52,255 bases of DNA from Candidatus Woesearchaeota archaeon (GTDB lineage: Archaea; Nanobdellota; Nanobdellia; Woesearchaeales; GW2011-AR9), in contig JABHQW010000004.1 of the NCBI GenBank assembly GCA_018696595.1, positions 1 through 52,255 of the forward strand, read 5' to 3'. Numbering within the stretch: the stretch's first letter is position 1; every line of letters begins with the position of its first letter. Positions 36,733 through 46,516 of the stretch are shown here, piece after piece. Both the position numbers and the translations under genes were made by a program. The notes under the pieces were generated by a model that ran no database searches, had not been told where the DNA came from, and saw only the letters and a list, made by a program, of their open reading frames with translations.

Positions 36733-37770
36733 CTAGAAGAAACTTCCTAATCCTTTCTGAGATAACTCTTCTTTCTTATCTTTAATCTTAGCTAACTTAG
36801 ACTTAACCCGATCTAAAGAAAAGTCGTGTCCGTCAACTAATAATTTAATCAACTTCTCTTCATCAAAGTTGTTCCATTCTAGATTATAATCATCGCTAAC
36901 TTTCATTTCTTTAATGGTGTTGAAAACTTCTCTCCATTCTAAATCAGGATAGTGTTCTTCCCACTTAACTTCTTTAAACAACACATCAAAATTGTTAGCA
37001 TGTTCATTAACTAGTTTCATTGCTGTCTTAGGTCCAATACCTTTCACACCGCCAGGGTTGTAATCAGTTCCAACAAGAATTGCTAAAACAATTAACTGAT
37101 CTAAATCTATTTTTAACTCATCTAAAACATCTTTTAACATAATTTCTTCTGGCTTAACAGTAGTATAAGCAAACTTTCCAGCTTTCTTTCTTTTTCCGGC
37201 AATGGATAAATTTCTTACTAACCTCGGGCAAGAAAAAATCAAATTATCATAATCTTGAGAGATAGAAGCATAAGCATCCCCTCGTTTAACCATATACGCA
37301 GTTTGTGCTTCTCCTTCACTTGGAGCTTGAACAATTGGTAAACCCAATAATGTAATAATTCTTTTAGCATCAGCAATCATATCTTTGTCTAACTTAACAG
37401 TTCTAGAAGCAAATTTGCGCATATCTTCTAGATTACCCGCTTCTTCTGCTTCTTTTAATTTCAAAGAAGCTTCCTTTTTTACTTTCGTCCTTTTTTCCCA
37501 AGTTTTTAATTTTAAATCTGGGGCTTTACCATCAAAAACAAAAACTAATTTCAAACCTTCTTCCATAAATGAAGTTGTTCTATTGAAAAGACCAATTAAG
37601 TGTGAAGTGACTCTACCTTGAGAATCTGTTAAAGCAGAACCATCCATTCCGCGAATGGTAGTTAAGAACTGGTAAAGCATATTCATTGTATCTATTGCCA
37701 GAACTTTACCTTTCAGATCTTTAATAGCTATTTCTTTTCGTACAACTAAATCTTTGAATTGTAATCCCAT
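36733..37770 (-). CDS. fen: Flap endonuclease 1
   Basis: YQFLTTIR, FVFDG, APSEGEAQ, SQDYD, GTDYNPGGVKGIGPK, PIP box QKGLGSFF. Confidence 0.97.
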   Translation of the reverse strand: MGLQFKDLVVRKEIAIKDLKGKVLAIDTMNMLYQFLTTIRGMDGSALTDSQGRVTSHLIGLFNRTTSFMEEGLKLVFVFDGKAPDLKLKTWEKRTKVKKEASLKLKEAEEAGNLEDMRKFASRTVKLDKDMIADAKRIITLLGLPIVQAPSEGEAQTAYMVKRGDAYASISQDYDNLIFSCPRLVRNLSIAGKRKKAGKFAYTTVKPEEIMLKDVLDELKIDLDQLIVLAILVGTDYNPGGVKGIGPKTAMKLVNEHANNFDVLFKEVKWEEHYPDLEWREVFNTIKEMKVSDDYNLEWNNFDEEKLIKLLVDGHDFSLDRVKSKLAKIKDKKEELSQKGLGSFF

Positions 37771-37773
37771 ATT

Positions 37774-38223
37774 CTACTTTCCCTTAATCATTCCACCATG
37801 ATAATCTAATTCATAAACTAATTCTTCTTGATAATAAATCTTTTCCTTTCCTTTAAATTTTTCTATTGTTCCTTGAGATTCGTCTGTATATTTCCAATTT
37901 CCTTCATTGAATTTAGAAGGCCCCCTAAAAGGACGATCTGTTTTAACTAAAGACATTGCTTTTTTTAGAAACACAATCATCTCATTTGCGGAAACTTTCT
38001 CAGAAACTATTCCCCCATAATAATTCATGCCCCAAATAAATTTTCCTTGATAGAAAACAATCTCTTCTCCAATAAAAGGATCGAAGCCAAAGTAAGTATC
38101 TACATATTTGTAATCGCCTTCTTGATAAGAAAGAACTTTTGCACCTGTTTCTAGTTTCTCTGCTTCTCCTGTAGGATAACCTGTTATCTTTGCTTTAACT
38201 AGAAATTCATTTAGTTTCATCAT
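37774..38223 (-). CDS. DUF5680-like protein
   Basis: FLVKAK..Y, YVDTYFG, WGMNYYG, PFRGP, YHGG pattern recognised from memory. Confidence 0.65.
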   Translation of the reverse strand: MMKLNEFLVKAKITGYPTGEAEKLETGAKVLSYQEGDYKYVDTYFGFDPFIGEEIVFYQGKFIWGMNYYGGIVSEKVSANEMIVFLKKAMSLVKTDRPFRGPSKFNEGNWKYTDESQGTIEKFKGKEKIYYQEELVYELDYHGGMIKGK

Positions 38224-39352
38224 CTATTTTCCTAACAACAACGTTCTCAAACACACCAGATTCTAACATCTCTTCTGCTTTCTTAGTAATCTCGTTAGTA
38301 TATAAGAATAATAAAGGTAACTTTTTAGTTTGTGCTTCCATATATGCGGCAGAAATATCTTTCTCATCACACCGGTTTTTAGATTTAGCTTTACAGAAAT
38401 AAGTAATATGTCCAACCGCAGAAGGAACCTTAACCGAATAATCAATCTCGGAATTCTTTCTAACAATCTCTTTATTTCTGATAATTATTCTCAAGGATTC
38501 AAAGAACACATTAACAACTGGAGAAAATTCATCTTCAACAACTTTCTTTTTCTTTCTAATAATTTTATCTTTAATCTTTTGCATAACTGTTGGTTTCTTT
38601 TCTTCTTTTTCAGTTGATTCCTTCTCAACAAATGTTTCTTCTTCAACTTCTTCTTTTTCAATTACTTTCTTTTCTGCTTTTTTACTTTCTTCGGTTAATT
38701 TCTTCTGTTCTTCTTTAATCTCTTTTTCCTCAGCAACTTCTTCTTTAGCTTTCACAACTGGGGTTTCTTGAACTGGTTCTTTAGTTTCCTCTTTTTCCTC
38801 AACTTCTTCTTGAACTTCTTCAGTTGTCTCTTCAACCACTTTTTCTGGTTCCACTTCAGTCTCTGCAACAACTTCAGGAACATCTTCAGTAGTAACTGTT
38901 TCTTTAACACCGGTAAGAATTTCTTTAATATTAATATTAGCTTCCTCGTTACTCATTAAATGCCATTTCCAAAATAATTCGGTTTTGTTAGGAATGTTAA
39001 CATTTAAAGGAATAGCAAAATCTTTAAGATTTCTTAAGCCAACTTTTTCCACTAATTCTAAATCTGCTTCTCTCAAAACTTTCTGATCTTTCAACTTTTC
39101 TAAAACTAAAAAATCTTTAGGATTAACATTGTCTGCAGCAAAGTCAAACAACATAGCTTCTTGACCTGGCAAAAAGTATAATGGCGAACCACCAATCTTT
39201 AATTTAGAAATTTTAATCTTTCCTTGTGAAGCTAAATCAGATAAATGTGCTGAAGCCAATAAGATATTTGTATTAATATTTTTAGCTACTTTTGCAGGTA
39301 TTGTTGGTCCGGTTACCTTTATAAAACTCAATATTTTATCCTGATCTAGCAT
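38207..39352 (-). CDS. Hypothetical protein: wHTH-like N-terminus, acidic low-complexity linker, nuclease-fold-like C-terminus
   Basis: ORF composition; fold calls are inference. Confidence 0.7.
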   Translation of the reverse strand: MLDQDKILSFIKVTGPTIPAKVAKNINTNILLASAHLSDLASQGKIKISKLKIGGSPLYFLPGQEAMLFDFAADNVNPKDFLVLEKLKDQKVLREADLELVEKVGLRNLKDFAIPLNVNIPNKTELFWKWHLMSNEEANINIKEILTGVKETVTTEDVPEVVAETEVEPEKVVEETTEEVQEEVEEKEETKEPVQETPVVKAKEEVAEEKEIKEEQKKLTEESKKAEKKVIEKEEVEEETFVEKESTEKEEKKPTVMQKIKDKIIRKKKKVVEDEFSPVVNVFFESLRIIIRNKEIVRKNSEIDYSVKVPSAVGHITYFCKAKSKNRCDEKDISAAYMEAQTKKLPLLFLYTNEITKKAEEMLESGVFENVVVRKIDDETK

Positions 39353-39416
39353 AGGATTGTATTACTATAAGGGGTTTATATAGTTTTCGAGACTAGAGGG
39401 ATAAAAAGAAAAGAAA

Positions 39417-40040
39417 TTAAGGTCTTGTCCACTTAATCTCATAATAAGTAACGTCATTCTCTTCATCAACAACACCAATCAATAGTCGTTTCTTAGTAGA
39501 ATGAGCAACTCTGTTCTTAGATGAAAATTCATGCCAAGTAAACACAGAAGCTTCATGTACAGGGAATACAATCCAACGAGCATGATCTTCTCCCGGTTTA
39601 ACACCACGATCATAAACTCTGAAATCTGCACCAAACTTTAAAGCAGTCTTGATAACATAACCACGATTTCTGAAATCTTTGAATACACAATATCTAATCC
39701 AGAAGTTAGGTTCAGTTTTTCTTGCTTTTTTTACAAACTGTTCAAAGCTAACTTTTCTACCAGCTTCAGATTTAACTTCAAGTTTACCTTTCTCCATTAA
39801 ATAATAAGCTTCTAAAAGAGAAAGTTCAACTTTACCCGTTTCAGTTAAACTACCAAACCGAGATTGGTTGTAAAGTTCTCTAGCATCATCGCTGATTTCA
39901 GTAATTACTCTTTCACCACCCAAGATTGCTTTAACTACTACTTTGGCTTTCTTAGCTGATGTTTTGTCTTCTGAAGAAGATTCAGACTTTGCTGCTTTTC
40001 CAGATGACTTTTTAGTCTTTTTAGTTTTTGTTTTTGCCAT
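39417..40040 (-). CDS. endA: tRNA-intron endonuclease (single-unit, likely alpha4)
   Basis: LSLLEAYYL, RNRGY, LKFGADFRVY, catalytic Y/H/K (FRVY, EDHA, TKKR). Confidence 0.95.
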   Translation of the reverse strand: MAKTKTKKTKKSSGKAAKSESSSEDKTSAKKAKVVVKAILGGERVITEISDDARELYNQSRFGSLTETGKVELSLLEAYYLMEKGKLEVKSEAGRKVSFEQFVKKARKTEPNFWIRYCVFKDFRNRGYVIKTALKFGADFRVYDRGVKPGEDHARWIVFPVHEASVFTWHEFSSKNRVAHSTKKRLLIGVVDEENDVTYYEIKWTRP

Positions 40041-40179
40041 AGAAAAGAATATTGTGAATTTGTTTTTTAAAGGTTTCTAAAATAAACCCCAGAAAAAAAT
40101 CTAATGCTTTCCTAATCAAATCATGATATTAACAAAATTTAAATAAGATTAATCTTTGTCAGATAAATAGGTGATATCT

Positions 40180-40629
40180 ATGAAACAAATATTTGTAATA
40201 TTAACAGTCATAATTCTAAGTTTGTTTATTATTGGTTGTAGCGAAACTGTTGAAGAACTTCCCGTAAAACCAGAAGGAGTTCCTGAACCGGCAGTAGAGG
40301 AACCTACTGAAGAACCACTAGCAGAAACAGCCCCAATTGAATTAAAAGTAATTAAAGTTACAGGAGAAAACTATAAGTTCATGATGGATGGAAAAGAAAA
40401 TCCTGAAATTAAAGTTAAAGTTGGTGAAAAGATCAAGATTGAATTTACCAGCACTGAAGGTTTCCACGATTTTGTGATAGATGAATTAGAAGCAAAAACC
40501 GATAAAGTTAATTCAGGAGGATCAACTTCTGTGGAATTCGTAGCAAACCAAGCTGGAACTTTTTCATATTATTGCAGTGTTGGCAAGCACAGAGATTTTG
40601 GAATGGAAGGCACATTCATAGTAGAATAA
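40180..40629 (+). CDS. Cupredoxin-domain lipoprotein
   Basis: IIGC lipobox-like; HDF...YYCSVGKHRDFGM type-1 copper ligands. Confidence 0.9.
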   Translation: MKQIFVILTVIILSLFIIGCSETVEELPVKPEGVPEPAVEEPTEEPLAETAPIELKVIKVTGENYKFMMDGKENPEIKVKVGEKIKIEFTSTEGFHDFVIDELEAKTDKVNSGGSTSVEFVANQAGTFSYYCSVGKHRDFGMEGTFIVE

Positions 40630-40630
40630 A

Positions 40631-40873
40631 ATGGCTCTTCAAGATATAGCATTAGAACTGGTCTTTATCTTTGGGATCACTAATATTATTTTTTTATTAT
40701 TAGTATATTTCTCCTGCAGATGTATGGGTGGTGCAAAAGTAACTCAGAAACTGTTCAGTAAAGTGTGGTATCAGAAGTTTTATTCAAAACATTGTTATTT
40801 CTGGTGGGGATTCTTTTTATCAGTAATCTTGCATACCATTCTTGCGTTTTACTTGTTTGGTTTTCCTTTTTAA
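40631..40873 (+). CDS. Small two-TM membrane protein with intramembrane His/Cys
   Basis: SCRCM, KHCYFWW, LHTIL; 1 bp after the cupredoxin stop. Confidence 0.7.
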   Translation: MALQDIALELVFIFGITNIIFLLLVYFSCRCMGGAKVTQKLFSKVWYQKFYSKHCYFWWGFFLSVILHTILAFYLFGFPF

Positions 40874-40881
40874 TTTTCTTT

Positions 40882-41163
40882 TTACTTTCTCACAAACAAT
40901 CCACACCAACACATTCCTCCCCTTCCTTCAACAGGTTTCAACCAAGTTGAATGTGTTTTAAAATTGCAAGGACAAATTAGTTCTATATCTTTCTCACGAG
41001 TCCCATCACGTAACCTACAGGGACATAATTTCAAACCAAACTTTTTCTCATTAATTAAAACCCCTTCAATGATTGTATCTACGTGTGCTTTATCAGGATT
41101 AAGAACAAAATCGTTATTCTCACAAAACTTCCCCCAAACTTTCCTCAACTGTTCAGCATCCAT
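40882..41163 (-). CDS. Ferredoxin:thioredoxin reductase catalytic subunit
   Basis: CPCR, CPCN, CWCGLF. Confidence 0.92.
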   Translation of the reverse strand: MDAEQLRKVWGKFCENNDFVLNPDKAHVDTIIEGVLINEKKFGLKLCPCRLRDGTREKDIELICPCNFKTHSTWLKPVEGRGGMCWCGLFVRK

Positions 41164-41164
41164 T

Positions 41165-41311
41165 TTACAATCCAGTTAGGTTCTTAGCTTCTTCCTTATC
41201 CACTTCAACATAAGCGTTCTCTGCTTGACAAGTAGGACATTTCTCTGGACCAGCATTACCAAAATGAATATCACTACAAACATTACATCTAAAAAACTTT
41301 TTATCCACCAT
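41165..41311 (-). CDS. Rubredoxin-like protein (48 aa)
   Basis: MVDKKFFRCNVCSDIHFGNAGPEKCPTCQAENAYVEVDKEEAKNLTGL; two CxxC; not in the ORF track. Confidence 0.85.
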   Translation of the reverse strand: MVDKKFFRCNVCSDIHFGNAGPEKCPTCQAENAYVEVDKEEAKNLTGL

Positions 41312-41313
41312 TT

Positions 41314-42234
41314 TTATTTACCTCCTTTAGCCAAAAACTTAGCTACTTTCAATAAAGCAATACAAGCAGTTCCTGCAGAGATTACATACTGATACTCATG
41401 AACACTTGAACAATCACCAGCAGCATAAATCCCAGGGACAGAAGTTTCTGTACTGCAATTCACTACAATATGCCCATGTTCATCAACTTCAAGTAAATCT
41501 TTAGCAAAATCAGTATTAGCAACTCTGCCAATCTCAACAAATATTCCTTGAACGGCTAACTCCTTTACTTCTTTATTAACTTCATATTTCATTCCAGTAA
41601 CAAACTTGTCACCAAAAACTTCTGTAGTATTAGCATTGTAAATGATCTCTACCTTATCATTCTTCTTAACACTCTCTTGCAAATATTCGTGTGCAGTAAG
41701 TTTGTCTCCCCTAACAATCAAATAAAGTTTGTTAGCAATCTTATCCATGAAATCAACAGCTTCCATTGCTGAGTCTCCACCACCAATAATTGCCACATCT
41801 TTTTTAGCAAACAATGGACCATCACAAATTGCACAATAAGTAACACCCATTTTCTGAAACTTATCTTCTCCGGTAACATTTAATTTTCTTGGATGAGAAC
41901 CAGTTGCCAAGATAACAGATTTAGTCAAATAATCACCCTTACTTGTTTTCAACAATAAATTTCCATTTTTCTTAACAATTTTATTAAGAACAGTATCAGT
42001 TTGAACTTTAACTTTATTAAATTTCAATTGTTCTTCCATCTTACTAGAAAATTCAACACCGGTAGTTTCTTTAATTCCTGGGTAATTCAACACTTCACCA
42101 GATTCCATAAACTGGCCGCCAAATTTATCAGCGATAATTAGATAGTTCATTCTTTTTCTAGCAGCATAAATTGCGGCAGTACAACCCGCAATTCCTGCAC
42201 CAACAATAATAGTTTCATAAATAGTTTCAGTCAA
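41314..42234 (-). CDS. trxB: Thioredoxin reductase (NADPH, low-MW type)
   Basis: GAGIAG, CAIC redox motif, GGGDSA, AAGD; TTG start after GAGGTGA. Confidence 0.92.
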   Translation of the reverse strand: MTETIYETIIVGAGIAGCTAAIYAARKRMNYLIIADKFGGQFMESGEVLNYPGIKETTGVEFSSKMEEQLKFNKVKVQTDTVLNKIVKKNGNLLLKTSKGDYLTKSVILATGSHPRKLNVTGEDKFQKMGVTYCAICDGPLFAKKDVAIIGGGDSAMEAVDFMDKIANKLYLIVRGDKLTAHEYLQESVKKNDKVEIIYNANTTEVFGDKFVTGMKYEVNKEVKELAVQGIFVEIGRVANTDFAKDLLEVDEHGHIVVNCSTETSVPGIYAAGDCSSVHEYQYVISAGTACIALLKVAKFLAKGGK

Positions 42235-42264
42235 CTTTACTCACCTCATTTATAAGAGTCATCT

Positions 42265-43191
42265 TTATTTAATTAAAGATTTAATTTCTTTAAGAATATT
42301 TCGAGAATCAAGACCATACTTATGCCAAAGTTCCGTGGGTTTACCAGACTCACCAAACTGATCTGGCATACCAATGATTTTACATTTAACTGGATACTTC
42401 TCAGAAAGTAACTCAGTAACAGCAGAACCCAAACCGCCAATTACTTGGTGATCCTGGACAACTAAAACTTTTCTTGTTTTCTTAACAGATTTAAGTATTG
42501 TCTCGCTATCAAGCGGTTTGATTGTATGACAATTAATGATTTCTGGTTTGAATTTTAATTCTTTGGCCGCTTTAAACACTTCAGTAATAATTGGCCCAGA
42601 CCCAATAATTGTAATCTTTTGACCCTTCTGTAAAACTTGTGCTTTACCAATCTGGAATGAAGAAGTTTTTCTTGTTAAATCTTCAAACTTAGCTCGATGT
42701 AATCGTAAATATACTGGCCCTTTTAATTTTGCCGCAGCTTTCGTTGCTTTAATAGTTTGATTATAATCGCACGGTTCAATAATTGTAATTCCCGGTAAAG
42801 AACGTAAAGCAGCAACATCCTCTAACGCTTGATGTGTTGCTCCATCTTCCCCTGTTGCTAAACCACAATGGGTTGCTACTAATTTCACGTTAGCTTGATT
42901 GTAACAAACAGAAACACGAATTTGATCTAAACATCTCATTGGAACAAACACTCCGAAAGAACAAGCAAAAGGAATCTTTCCTTCCAAAGCAAGTCCGGTT
43001 GCCATCGAAACCATGTTTTGTTCTGCTACACCAGCTTGAAAGAATCGTTGTGGATATTTATCAATGAAAGCATTAAGTTTATTGGAATCTATTAAATCTG
43101 CAGAGAGAGCTACTACTTTCTTATTCCTGCCTAGTTCAGCCATCGCTTGTCCAAATCCTGAACGTGTTGATTGTTTTTGTTTTGTTTTCAT
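42265..43191 (-). CDS. tkt: Transketolase C-terminal (pyrimidine-binding) subunit
   Basis: STRSGFG, GVAEQNM, GEDGATHQ, IKPLD; start moved to ATG 43191. Confidence 0.93.
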   Translation of the reverse strand: MKTKQKQSTRSGFGQAMAELGRNKKVVALSADLIDSNKLNAFIDKYPQRFFQAGVAEQNMVSMATGLALEGKIPFACSFGVFVPMRCLDQIRVSVCYNQANVKLVATHCGLATGEDGATHQALEDVAALRSLPGITIIEPCDYNQTIKATKAAAKLKGPVYLRLHRAKFEDLTRKTSSFQIGKAQVLQKGQKITIIGSGPIITEVFKAAKELKFKPEIINCHTIKPLDSETILKSVKKTRKVLVVQDHQVIGGLGSAVTELLSEKYPVKCKIIGMPDQFGESGKPTELWHKYGLDSRNILKEIKSLIK

Positions 43192-43195
43192 TTTA

Positions 43196-44455
43196 TTAGT
43201 TTGTAAATTCAATAGTCCATAGGATATCTGGATCAAAATCTAGAGGAAAACCAGATACCTCTTCAACCCAACTTAAATCTTCTTGCTTAATAGTTTTAGC
43301 CACAGGATCAAGACTACACATTCGATCTAAAAAATTAAAATATTGAAACATCAAATCAATATTTCCATCATAAGCACTTTGAACCATTTCTTCTGGCAAC
43401 AAATATTTCATCCAATGCGGTAACATAACATTAACTCCATGTCCGCCCATAATTTCTAAATTATCATCCATGTTATTACCACCTTTACAAGAAGCATGAC
43501 TAACTCCATTATTATGTCTAACTTCGTGAGTTATGATCTGAATTAAATTAATAATTCCTTGACCAAGATCTGGACTGTTCAAATCTTGATTTTTCCATGT
43601 GTTTAACATACCTTGATTTATATTGCTAATAATATTATAACCATTAAAACTAACTTTATTAATTAAGTTTGAATTATCCAAAGAGTTAATGTCTGCACTA
43701 AAAGTTATTGTTCCTGCTGAATCTTTAAGCCAATCATAATAACTTTGACCATTTGTCCAAGGAAGAGGTTTTGTAAAATAAGAATCTACTCTTGACATAG
43801 AATAAACTGCTTTCATAAATGCTTCTTTAAGCAGATTCTTTTCTTCAGTATTAAAACTCACCTTATTATCTTCGTCCCATTCCCAAGTCCCATCAGGATA
43901 TTCAATAATTGGAACATATGCTGAAAATTTAATTTTAAAATCATCATTAAATTTGACAATCCATTCTTGAGGAATCTCTTCCACTAAAATAAAATCAAAA
44001 GTAGGTATTTCTTTAACACAAGCATCTTCAACACATTTATAATCTTCTCCAAATTTCTGATTACAATCAGCATACCAATAATTAAATTTAGGGCCAGCAT
44101 TGGTTTGCCTACAAATACCTTCAATCAATCTAGTTTTTTCTTTAAGAGTTCCTTTATACCAAGTGTAACAACGATCTGTTTTAGAACCGCCATTATAGGT
44201 AGTAATTGATTTAGTTAATAATGAATTTTTATCAAAAGTAGAAATTGAATCTGGATCTTGACAATCATACCATTTATTTGCCTGACCTGTTAACGCAGTT
44301 TTTTCAACTTCTTGTGGTTGTAAATCACTAGGTAATTGTTCTAAATCTTCTTCTGTAACATCTTCTATACTTTGTGAATCTATTAATGGTTCTTGAACAC
44401 AACCAACTAATAAAAACAAAGCAAGTACAAAAACAACAATTATCCCTCTTTTCAT
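43196..44455 (-). CDS. Lipoprotein with Cys-rich N-domain and zincin-like HExxH motif
   Basis: LLVGC lipobox-like, six-Cys module, THEVRHNNGVSH. Confidence 0.7.
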   Translation of the reverse strand: MKRGIIVVFVLALFLLVGCVQEPLIDSQSIEDVTEEDLEQLPSDLQPQEVEKTALTGQANKWYDCQDPDSISTFDKNSLLTKSITTYNGGSKTDRCYTWYKGTLKEKTRLIEGICRQTNAGPKFNYWYADCNQKFGEDYKCVEDACVKEIPTFDFILVEEIPQEWIVKFNDDFKIKFSAYVPIIEYPDGTWEWDEDNKVSFNTEEKNLLKEAFMKAVYSMSRVDSYFTKPLPWTNGQSYYDWLKDSAGTITFSADINSLDNSNLINKVSFNGYNIISNINQGMLNTWKNQDLNSPDLGQGIINLIQIITHEVRHNNGVSHASCKGGNNMDDNLEIMGGHGVNVMLPHWMKYLLPEEMVQSAYDGNIDLMFQYFNFLDRMCSLDPVAKTIKQEDLSWVEEVSGFPLDFDPDILWTIEFTN

Positions 44456-45300
44456 TTACGTTTCATTATCCTCTCTCTTTCTTTATTCAGTTCAGTTAAA
44501 GCTCGGGCTGCTTCCTCAGCTTTCGGAGTTTTTCCGTGCCAACTAAACTGATGTTCCATAAACGAAACTCCTTTCCCAGGAATTGTATAAGCAATAATAC
44601 AAACTGGTTGTTTAATCTTCTTAGCTTTCTCAACCATAGAAATTATCTGTTTAAAATCATGTCCGTTAATCTCAAAAACTTTCCAATTATGCGCTTCATA
44701 TCTTTCTTTCAAATTCTTTAACGGCCAAACGTCTTGTGTATGCCCAGAGATTTGAATGTTGTTCCTATCAATGATATTAATCAAATTATTTAATTTATAT
44801 TTGGCAGCAGCATTAACTGCTTCCCATGTGCTACCTTCATCATGTTCACCATCAGAAGTTACACAATAAATAGTATGTTTCTTCCGGTCCAATTTCCCAG
44901 CTAAAGCCATTCCTACAGCTGCACCTAAACCTTGACCAAGAGAAGCGGTTGCTAATTCAATTCCCGGAAGGTCTTGCCGAGACGGATGACCTTGTAATCT
45001 TGTCCCCATTTTTCTTAAAGTTAACAATTCTTCTTTTCGAAAATATCCTGCTCGAGCCATCGCTGCATATCGTACTGGACAAACGTGACCAGGAGAAAGA
45101 ATTAACCGATCTCTTTTATCCCAATTCAGTTTTTTAGAATCATGTTTTAAAATGTTAAAATAAAACGCAGTGAAAATATCTACTAAACCTAATGGACCAC
45201 CACAATGACCAGAACCCGCGTTAGTTAACATAATCATTAAATCTTCTCTGATAGTATTCGCCATCAGTTGCAATTCTTTGATTTTAGTTAACTTTTTCAT
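44452..45300 (-). CDS. tkt: Transketolase N-terminal (TPP-binding) subunit
   Basis: GSGHCGG, DRLILSPGH, LQGHP, SDGEHDEG...IDRNN, WHGK. Confidence 0.95.
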   Translation of the reverse strand: MKKLTKIKELQLMANTIREDLMIMLTNAGSGHCGGPLGLVDIFTAFYFNILKHDSKKLNWDKRDRLILSPGHVCPVRYAAMARAGYFRKEELLTLRKMGTRLQGHPSRQDLPGIELATASLGQGLGAAVGMALAGKLDRKKHTIYCVTSDGEHDEGSTWEAVNAAAKYKLNNLINIIDRNNIQISGHTQDVWPLKNLKERYEAHNWKVFEINGHDFKQIISMVEKAKKIKQPVCIIAYTIPGKGVSFMEHQFSWHGKTPKAEEAARALTELNKERERIMKRK

Positions 45301-45436
45301 ATCTACCTCTTTTTAATACTATTAAATTATTAAGATTAATAAATGTTGTGTTAAAGATTTATTAAAGAATACCCATAACATTTATAATGAATAAAATATT
45401 AATTATAATATAAATTATAAATTGAGGTGAATTAAT

Positions 45437-45670
45437 ATGGCAACTGTAAAAATTTATTCAACACCGACATGTCCTTGGTGTAAAAAAGCAAAAGCGTATT
45501 TTAAAGAAAATAAGATTAAGTTTACTGATATAGACGTTTCTGCAGATGAAGCTGCTCAGAAAGAAATGGTTGAAAAATCAGGTCAAATGGGTGTTCCAGT
45601 AATTGATATTGACGGAAAAATCTTAGTTGGCTTTGATCAAGGTAAGATTGAAGAAGCTTTGAAAGGATAA
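45437..45670 (+). CDS. Glutaredoxin-like NrdH/YruB redoxin
   Basis: YSTPTCPWC, GVPVI, VGFD. Confidence 0.93.
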   Translation: MATVKIYSTPTCPWCKKAKAYFKENKIKFTDIDVSADEAAQKEMVEKSGQMGVPVIDIDGKILVGFDQGKIEEALKG

Positions 45671-45706
45671 ATATTAAAATCTAGTTTAAAAAAAGAGGTG
45701 TAACAA

Positions 45707-46516
45707 ATGAAAGTATTCATAGATAGCGCAGACTTAGATGAAATTAAACAAGCTTATGAATGGGGTATCGCAGACGGAGTTACAACCAATCCCTCTTTAA
45801 TGAAAAAAGCTGTTGATAAAAGAAAAAAAATCAACTTAAAACAATACATTGACCAAATTCTTAAAATTGCTAAAGGTACACCTGTAAGTTTAGAAGTAAC
45901 TGAAACCTCTGCTCAAGGCATGATTACCCAAGGAAAGAAACTTTACAAATTATTCAATCCTGTTGCTAACAATGTTTACATTAAAATCCCTGTCAATCCT
46001 GCATTTAAAAATGCTGACAAAACTCACTTTGCAGGTATTGAAGCCATTAAAGCACTTTCTAAAGTAAACATTCCCGTTAATTGTACATTGATTTTTACTC
46101 CTGAACAAGCCCTTCTCGCTGCGAAAGCAGGAGCAGCATTTGTCAGTCCGTTCGCTGGAAGAATTGATGACTTTATTCAAACCAATAATAAAATGAAGTT
46201 CAATAAAACTAATTACTTTCCTATGGAAGGAAAAGAAAAAGGTAAAACCACATTAAACGATAATGGGATTGCCTCCGGAATTGATTTAGTTGCTCAATGT
46301 GTAGACATTCTCAAAAATCATGGTTATAAAACAGAAGTTCTTGCTGCCTCTCTTAGAAATACCCGACAAGTACGAGAAGCCGCTTTAGTAGGAGCAGATA
46401 TATCTACATTACCATTTTCAGTAATCCAAGATATGCTTAAACATCCTAAAACTTATGAAGGAATGAAAAATTTCACTAAAGACATTGTTCCTGATTATGT
46501 AAAACTAACAAAATGA
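45707..46516 (+). CDS. tal: Transaldolase (TalC/FSA family) with insertions
   Basis: FIDSAD, GVTTNPSL, YIKIP, NCTLIF, SPFAGR, LAASLR. Confidence 0.92.
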   Translation: MKVFIDSADLDEIKQAYEWGIADGVTTNPSLMKKAVDKRKKINLKQYIDQILKIAKGTPVSLEVTETSAQGMITQGKKLYKLFNPVANNVYIKIPVNPAFKNADKTHFAGIEAIKALSKVNIPVNCTLIFTPEQALLAAKAGAAFVSPFAGRIDDFIQTNNKMKFNKTNYFPMEGKEKGKTTLNDNGIASGIDLVAQCVDILKNHGYKTEVLAASLRNTRQVREAALVGADISTLPFSVIQDMLKHPKTYEGMKNFTKDIVPDYVKLTK

